A stretch of DNA of 42,046 bases from Slackia heliotrinireducens (lineage in GTDB: Bacteria; Actinomycetota; Aquicultoria; DYIV01): the NCBI GenBank assembly GCA_020723435.1, contig DYIV01000006.1:2329-44374 (forward strand), given 5' to 3'. This document shows positions 36,781-42,046 of this stretch, in pieces. A program made the translations under genes and the position numbers. The notes beneath the pieces are model-generated. The model was not told the DNA's origin and searched no databases. It saw only the letters and a list, made by a program, of their open reading frames with translations. The first letter of the stretch is position 1, and each line of letters starts with the position of its first letter.

Positions 36781-38235
36781 TTGTCACCAAGCAGCGAAGC
36801 AACCAGACGCACGGCGGTCAGATATCTGGCTGTCGCCATCGCCCTTCTCCTTTTAGTTCTGATTCTGGGCATCTTCTACTATCTGCTCACGCGCCCGCCC
36901 GAGCTCAAGGAGAGCGGGGCCAAGGATCGCAACTTCCTCTTTTCGATATACGGTTTCCAAGGCGACTTGTTACGTAGACCGACCGGGGTCGGCCTGGACG
37001 CAAAGGGCAACATCTACGTTGCCGACACCGGCAAGAAGCGCATCGTCATCTTCGATCGGGAGGGCAACTACGTCGCGACCTACGGCGAATTCGGCAAGAA
37101 GCCGCTGGAGCTGTGGGATCCGATAGACGTCGCCGTCGCGGCGGACGGACGAAGCTATGTGCTCGACAAGACTCAGAAGAAGATTGTCGTCTACGACTCG
37201 GCTCGCCGGCCGATTCACGTCATCACCTTTCCTGAGGCGCCGCTGTCGGTCGAAGTCTCCGGCGACAAGCTGTTCGTTACGACGGTCAGCGGCGTGCTCA
37301 TCGGCGACCTGAGAGGCAATCTGCTGACCGGCTACATCGCCCGGGGCAAGAAGACCGGGCAGTTCGACCTTCCCGGCGCGCTGGCGGTGGGCAAGGACGG
37401 AACCCTCTACGTCGCCGACTCTCTCAACTATAGGGTCCAGGCGATCGGGACGAACGGGAAGCCCAAGTGGGCCTATGGCAAGCCGTTGCCGCCCAAAACG
37501 GCGGTGATGTATCGAGGTGGCGACCGCAAGTTCGGCCTGCCGGCCAGCATCGCGCAGGACGACAACGGAAACCTCTACGTCGTCGACGGCCTCAACAGCG
37601 AAATCGTCGTTCTCGATTCGGATGGCGAGTTCATCGAGAAGATGGGCACGCAAGGGCACGGCGACGGCGAATTCTACTATCCGGAAGGTATCACCTATGG
37701 CGACGGTCGCCTCGTCGTGGCCGACAAGTTCAACGACCGTGTGGAGGTCTTCTCGGTACCGATCCTCGGCGGTCCGCGCTACACGGCGTATCTGCCGCTC
37801 GCACTGCTGTTGCTCCTGCTGCCGCTGCTGCTCTTCCTGCTGCGGCGCCGGGTGCGCTACGTGGCGACGTCGGCCTTTGTCGGCATGCTTGCCGCCGACG
37901 AGAACGCGGAACTCGTCGCCGACGCACTGAAGAAGGTCAACGTCTCGCCGGCGCTGGCGGAGCGCGCGAGCGGGCTGGAGAACGTCGAGCTGTCCTGGCT
38001 CAGCCGAGACATACCCTCCGATCGCGTGAGCGATCTTGTTGAGCAGTATCGCCTCGAGCAGGAAGACGCCGAGGCTCTGGCCGTGGCGCTCGGGCTGGGC
38101 GGCAGGAAGGTCCTGCTGACCGAGACCGAGGACGTCAGGCAGGCCGCCGTCGACCTGGAGGTTCCGACGCTGAGTTACGAGGAACTGATCGACACCCTGC
38201 GGTCGCCCGAAACCGAAGGCGAGGCGGCGGGATGA
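36781..38235 (+). CDS. NHL-repeat beta-propeller protein with second TM and degenerate PIN-like C-terminus
   Basis: Repeats PxG..D..GNIYVADT, GQFDLPG, GEFYYPEGI, VADKFNDRV; Leu-rich TM followed by RRR. Confidence 0.85.
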   Translation: MSPSSEATRRTAVRYLAVAIALLLLVLILGIFYYLLTRPPELKESGAKDRNFLFSIYGFQGDLLRRPTGVGLDAKGNIYVADTGKKRIVIFDREGNYVATYGEFGKKPLELWDPIDVAVAADGRSYVLDKTQKKIVVYDSARRPIHVITFPEAPLSVEVSGDKLFVTTVSGVLIGDLRGNLLTGYIARGKKTGQFDLPGALAVGKDGTLYVADSLNYRVQAIGTNGKPKWAYGKPLPPKTAVMYRGGDRKFGLPASIAQDDNGNLYVVDGLNSEIVVLDSDGEFIEKMGTQGHGDGEFYYPEGITYGDGRLVVADKFNDRVEVFSVPILGGPRYTAYLPLALLLLLLPLLLFLLRRRVRYVATSAFVGMLAADENAELVADALKKVNVSPALAERASGLENVELSWLSRDIPSDRVSDLVEQYRLEQEDAEALAVALGLGGRKVLLTETEDVRQAAVDLEVPTLSYEELIDTLRSPETEGEAAG

Positions 38236-38777
38236 GAAAGACGCCGAAGACTCTCGCCGTGGCGATAGTCGTCTCGACCCTGGGCATCCTGGCGCTGGTC
38301 GCCGGATGCTCGGGGTCGCGCGTTCCCGATCCGGAAGGGATCCCCGAGCAGACGCGCAGCGCGTCGGTCTTCTTCTCAACCGGCCGCTCGCTGTTCGAGG
38401 AGAGACGGCTCGTGGACGCGAAGGATGTGTACGGCCAGACGCTCGCGGAGCTTCTGGAGGCGCACCCGGTCACCAATCCCGATGTCGCCATCGTCCAGCC
38501 TGCGGCCAAGGTTCGCTCGGTCAAGCTGGACCGCGGGGTGCTCACCATCGACTGGGACAGAGACGTTCTGAAGTTCGAGGCGGAGCCGAAGGAGAAAGTG
38601 TTGGCGCTCGCCGCGATCCTCAGGACATTCGGCCAGTTTCCAGAGGTGAAGAAGGTTCGCTTCACAGTGGAAGGTAAGACAGACGGCAAACTCGATGGTT
38701 CGGACGTACAAGTCTTCTGGGGTCGAGTCAGCCTGCGCGGTCAGCCCTGGGACGTGCTGCGGCCCTCGACAAAGTAG
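38232..38777 (+). CDS. GerMN-domain lipoprotein
   Basis: Lipobox VAGC; AILRTFGQFPEVKKVRFTVEG is typical of GerMN. Confidence 0.8.
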   Translation: MRKTPKTLAVAIVVSTLGILALVAGCSGSRVPDPEGIPEQTRSASVFFSTGRSLFEERRLVDAKDVYGQTLAELLEAHPVTNPDVAIVQPAAKVRSVKLDRGVLTIDWDRDVLKFEAEPKEKVLALAAILRTFGQFPEVKKVRFTVEGKTDGKLDGSDVQVFWGRVSLRGQPWDVLRPSTK

Positions 38778-38790
38778 CCGTGGCCGTTCA

Positions 38791-40296
38791 GTGAGGACGA
38801 GGACCCCTCGGCTGCGGCGGCCGACGTGTTGTGCCGCGCTCGGTCTGATCTTCGCGGTCGTCATCTCATGGTGCGCGGCGGCTGTCGCCTCGGCGGCACC
38901 GCCTTCCGTCGTCGACGAGTCCGCTCCGGCCTACGGCCGGTCGGCATGGACCTACAAGGACATCCGCGACATCTCGTTCAAGTACGAAGGCGGCTACGCG
39001 CGCTTCGACGACACGTCGACGGCCACGTACGAGACCGATCCCCACGGCGGCTATGACACGGCGACGAACCAGTGCAAGGTCTGCCACGCTGTTCATCGCG
39101 CAGGCGGCTCCTACTCGTTGATGCGCGCCGACTCCGAAAGCGACGCCTGCGTCTACTGCCACGTCGGCGGCTCGGCGCACTCCGCCAAGACCGTCTACGA
39201 CGCCAACCCCGGTGGGATGAACACCTCGGTGGGGCACGCGATCGGCTCCACCGCTGTCGTCCCAGACTCCTCGGTCGAAGAGACCCTCGACGTGCTGGAA
39301 GTTCCGAGCGTGGACGCCTCGGGCAATCCTGCGACCGAGACGGTCTACGCCAGACGAGCCGATCCTTCCCAGAACCGCATATTCCGCCTCAGCCGGCGCC
39401 ATTCGCAGGGTCCTCCCGGCGATCTCTCCAGCGGCTACCTTCGAGTGGGGCCGACGGCGCTAACGTGCCTGTCCTGTCACCAGCCGCACAACTCTCCCGA
39501 CATCTCCTGGCGGCCGATGTCCTTCCCGGGCGACGCCACTCGGACGGCGTCCGGCTACAAGCTGCTTCGAGCCAGTCCCTCCGGCTCGATATGGGGTCCC
39601 GACGACATGCCCTACGGCGGCGGGGGTCCCTCTACGGTCTCCTACACGACTGACGGGATGAAGGGCCTGAAGGCCTATGCCGACTTCGCGACCACCGGAT
39701 ATGTGAACGCGCCCAACGTCATCCGCTCGCCGGAGACGACGCTCACGCCCGAGACCCACGGTCCCGGCAAGACGATCTGGACATCTCCCGACTGGGGCCA
39801 CAGCGAGACCTCGACGCCGGGCCCGGCCAGGGACCCCGCGGCCGTCAATCAGTACGCGCTGTCGGTGTGGTGTGCCGACTGCCACAATCTCGCCGTCGGG
39901 TACTGGCGCGAGGGAGAGATCGCCGATTTGGCCGAGCCGGCGCACGAGACATCCAGGACGCACCCCGCGCCGTTCGTGGGTGCCAACAATGGTCCGGGGC
40001 AGTGCTACAGTTGCCACCGGGCCGGGCTCAGTCCCGAGCCTGCCGACGCCGCGTATGATTCGGGCAGCGTCCAGTGCGAGAAGTGCCACTACGGAACGGG
40101 GTCCTACGCCGTCGACCCCGAGCGGACCTCTGCGTCAGGCGCCGACTTTCCACATTCGGCCGAGACGAGCGGGACGAAGATGCTCGGCGCTTGGGCGATT
40201 GGCGCTTCCGGCTCAGTCGAGCCCACGCAGATCACCCAGTCGAACCTCGATCTGGTCTGCTTGCGCTGCCACAAGCAGGGGAGCAAGACGCACTAG
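38791..40296 (+). CDS. Secreted heptaheme cytochrome c, paralog of 30103..31692
   Basis: 7 CxxCH; shares GRSAWTYKD, PHGGYDTxTNQCKVCHAVHRA, GPGQCYSCHR, DFPHS and NLDxVCLRCH with the first copy. Start uncertain. Confidence 0.88.
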   Translation: MRTRTPRLRRPTCCAALGLIFAVVISWCAAAVASAAPPSVVDESAPAYGRSAWTYKDIRDISFKYEGGYARFDDTSTATYETDPHGGYDTATNQCKVCHAVHRAGGSYSLMRADSESDACVYCHVGGSAHSAKTVYDANPGGMNTSVGHAIGSTAVVPDSSVEETLDVLEVPSVDASGNPATETVYARRADPSQNRIFRLSRRHSQGPPGDLSSGYLRVGPTALTCLSCHQPHNSPDISWRPMSFPGDATRTASGYKLLRASPSGSIWGPDDMPYGGGGPSTVSYTTDGMKGLKAYADFATTGYVNAPNVIRSPETTLTPETHGPGKTIWTSPDWGHSETSTPGPARDPAAVNQYALSVWCADCHNLAVGYWREGEIADLAEPAHETSRTHPAPFVGANNGPGQCYSCHRAGLSPEPADAAYDSGSVQCEKCHYGTGSYAVDPERTSASGADFPHSAETSGTKMLGAWAIGASGSVEPTQITQSNLDLVCLRCHKQGSKTH

Positions 40297-40319
40297 CAAA
40301 AACCCTACCGGTTTGCTAG
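40293..40319 (+). terminator. Hairpin at the end of the cytochrome cluster
   Basis: CTAGCAAA...TTTGCTAG inverted repeat overlapping the stop codon. Confidence 0.4.
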
Positions 40320-40390
40320 GATAACCGCTATACTCCACCCACCCTGTAGGAATTGAAATGCCGTGTTGAACGACACGCCATCGTAGCGAG

Positions 40391-41353
40391 GTGACCGACG
40401 TGCAGATGCCCAAGACCGGAATGACATGCGCTTGTGCCTTCACGGACGCGATCGATATGGTCGGCCGGACCCCGGTCGTGAGAATCAACAACCTCAATCC
40501 CAACCGCAAGGTGACGATGTGGGCCAAGCTCGAGGGCTACAATCCGATGGGGGCCGTCAAGGACCGCATCGCCAGGTTCATGATCGAGGGGGCCGAGGCC
40601 AGCGGCGCGCTGACGAAGGACAAGATCATCATGGAGCCGACCAGCGGCAACACCGGCATCGGCCTGGCCTTTGTCGCCGCCCTGAAGGGCTACAGGATCA
40701 CCATAGTCATGCCGGACTCCATGAGCATCGAGCGTCGCCAGATACTTGCCGCGTTCGGCGCCGAGATGGTTCTGACGCCGGGCAAGGACGGGATGAACGG
40801 GGCGATCGAGAAGGCCGAGGAGATGAGCGCAGATTCCCGGTACTACATGCCGCACCAGTTCGAGAATCCCGACAACGTTCGCGCTCACTATGACGGCACG
40901 GGCGCGGAGATCCTCGATCAGGTGGGACATGTCGACTGTTTCGTCGCGGGGATGGGCACGGGCGGCACGCTCATGGGCTGCTCCCGGCGCCTGCGCGAGG
41001 AGAATGAGAAGGTCAAGATCGTCGGCGTCGAGCCGTACTTCGGAAAGCCGATTCAGGGCCTGAAGAATATGGATGAGGGATACACCCCGCCCATCTTCGA
41101 TCTGGACACGCTCGATGAGAAAGTGAACTACACTCCCGAGGAGGCCTGTGAAGCGGCGCGCGAGCTGGCGCGAGCGGAGAGTCTCTTCGTGGGGATGTCG
41201 GCGGGGGCCGCCATGGCCGCCGCGATCGATCAGGCCAAGCAGATGGACTCGGGCACGCTCGTCGTCATCTTCCCTGACCGGGGCGAGAAGTATCTGAGCA
41301 CGCCGGTCTTCAAGTGCGACCAATGCGTCGAGCGTCCGTGCGAGAAGGCCTAG
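40391..41353 (+). CDS. PLP-dependent cysteine synthase (CysK/CysM family)
   Basis: AKLEGYNPMGAVKDR, EPTSGNTGIGLA, GMGTGGT, PDRGEKYLS. Confidence 0.9.
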   Translation: MTDVQMPKTGMTCACAFTDAIDMVGRTPVVRINNLNPNRKVTMWAKLEGYNPMGAVKDRIARFMIEGAEASGALTKDKIIMEPTSGNTGIGLAFVAALKGYRITIVMPDSMSIERRQILAAFGAEMVLTPGKDGMNGAIEKAEEMSADSRYYMPHQFENPDNVRAHYDGTGAEILDQVGHVDCFVAGMGTGGTLMGCSRRLREENEKVKIVGVEPYFGKPIQGLKNMDEGYTPPIFDLDTLDEKVNYTPEEACEAARELARAESLFVGMSAGAAMAAAIDQAKQMDSGTLVVIFPDRGEKYLSTPVFKCDQCVERPCEKA

Positions 41354-41366
41354 CCTCCGCGCGGGA

Positions 41367-41720
41367 TCACGCCGCCTCTTCGTCGGCCATCTCTTCCGGC
41401 GTCATGGCCGGCGCCTGCTCATAGCAGGCCGTCTCCTCCGCTTCGGCCGCGGCCTCAAGGACGGGCCGCCGAAACGTCACGACGCAGTACTCGACCCGAA
41501 CCGACTGCGCGCCCATCAGCCGAGCGAAGAACCCCGGCGAGGTGACCGTTCCCACTCTGTCGATCCTGTGGAACTCCCAGCCCTCGGCCGCCTGCTCGTT
41601 GGCGAGTGTCTCCAGGTAGTGCGCGGCCTTCTCTTTTCGGTGTTCCTTGTTCACGCGCACCGTCTGCGGCATCTGCACCATTTTGTATTCGTACTGGACC
41701 CAGCCGTAGTCATACTCCAT
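41367..41720 (-). CDS. DUF4177-like small protein
   Basis: YEYKMV..LANEQAAEGWEF..VTFRRP. AAGGAG SD. Confidence 0.7.
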   Translation of the reverse strand: MEYDYGWVQYEYKMVQMPQTVRVNKEHRKEKAAHYLETLANEQAAEGWEFHRIDRVGTVTSPGFFARLMGAQSVRVEYCVVTFRRPVLEAAAEAEETACYEQAPAMTPEEMADEEAA

Positions 41721-41818
41721 CGCCGCTCCTTTCCGTCGGGCTCAGGCGCGTCGGCGTTCGTAAGATACTGTATTCCCGGATACGAGATTCGGGCTCGACC
41801 GGGCAGCGAAGGCGCCGA

Positions 41819-41848
41819 TAGACAACCCGCGCTGCCGTTGTGTATACT
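41819..41848 (+). promoter_or_regulatory. Sigma70-type promoter of the infC operon
   Basis: TAGACA-N18-TATACT. Confidence 0.6.
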
Positions 41849-41860
41849 TGGCCGCGTTGG

Positions 41861-41965
41861 ACATATAGGAAAGCAGGGCGCAGTCCCTCACCTGTCGACG
41901 CCAAGTGAGCAGTTGACAGGTCGATTTCCCAGGAATGGGTAGCTGGCTGCGCTGCCCGTTTTTTT
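41861..41965 (+). ncRNA. L20-leader-like attenuator with intrinsic terminator
   Basis: Small hairpin AGGG/CCCT, then CTCACCTG..GTTGACAGGT stem as in Firmicute infC leaders. Terminator GGGTAGC/GCTGCCC + T7; antiterminator 41878-85/41945-52. Confidence 0.7.
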
Positions 41966-42020
41966 GTGCCCTAGGATGGGCCGAACGGGTGGGCTATCAG
42001 ACAACGGAGGTGGGTTCTCC

Positions 42021-42046
42021 ACGAGCACCGAGGCACGAATTAACGA
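42021..42046 (+). CDS. infC: Translation initiation factor IF-3, 5' fragment
   Basis: GGAGGTG SD, then ACG AGC ACC GAG GCA CGA ATT AAC = (M)STEARIN, like actinobacterial IF3 N-termini; preceded by an L20-like leader. Only 8 codons are visible. Confidence 0.65.

Noticed and set aside
36970-38379. Long antisense ORFs (this 469-aa one, 3566..4660, 14359..15471 and others)
   Set aside because: Shadow ORFs expected in high-GC DNA opposite well-supported genes or elements; no recognisable motifs.
27269-41818. Mobile element or prophage carrying the cytochrome cluster
   Set aside because: No integrase, transposase, tRNA or att-like repeats were seen.

Overview
GC-rich bacterial window, probably from a monoderm anaerobe. 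Deep-branching Actinomycetota such as Coriobacteriia-like lineages is an inference from gene content only. Left to right: end of a polysaccharide locus (GDP-fucose synthase fragment, Wzc-type tyrosine autokinase, DUF4012 protein), an HtpX-like protease, a zinc-ribbon/DUF2318/MacB-type ABC operon behind a sigma54-type promoter, an MTA/SAH deaminase, a phasin-like + ABC1 kinase pair, an M50-CBS protease, a metallophosphoesterase, an unexplained ~190-nt structured element before a DUF166 gene, a secreted 11(+1)-heme cytochrome, a TetR-controlled ABC-2/HlyD efflux operon and thrS. The highlight is 27.3-40.3 kb. A PadR-DUF4388 regulator and a stand-alone membrane sensor lie divergent from a 10-gene cluster with 38 CxxCH motifs. 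The cluster has two secreted heptaheme paralogs with an OmcS-like motif order, two membrane-anchored NapC/NirT-type dodecahemes, and TPR, NHL-propeller, GerMN and FxLYD-like proteins, but no recognisable porin. It is a candidate cytochrome-nanowire / extracellular electron transfer system of a Gram-positive-type cell, with a structured leader and sigma54-type internal promoters. The window ends with a cysteine synthase, a DUF4177-like gene, an L20-leader-like attenuator and the start of infC, apparently at an ACG codon. Family calls come from motif recognition by eye; no searches were run.
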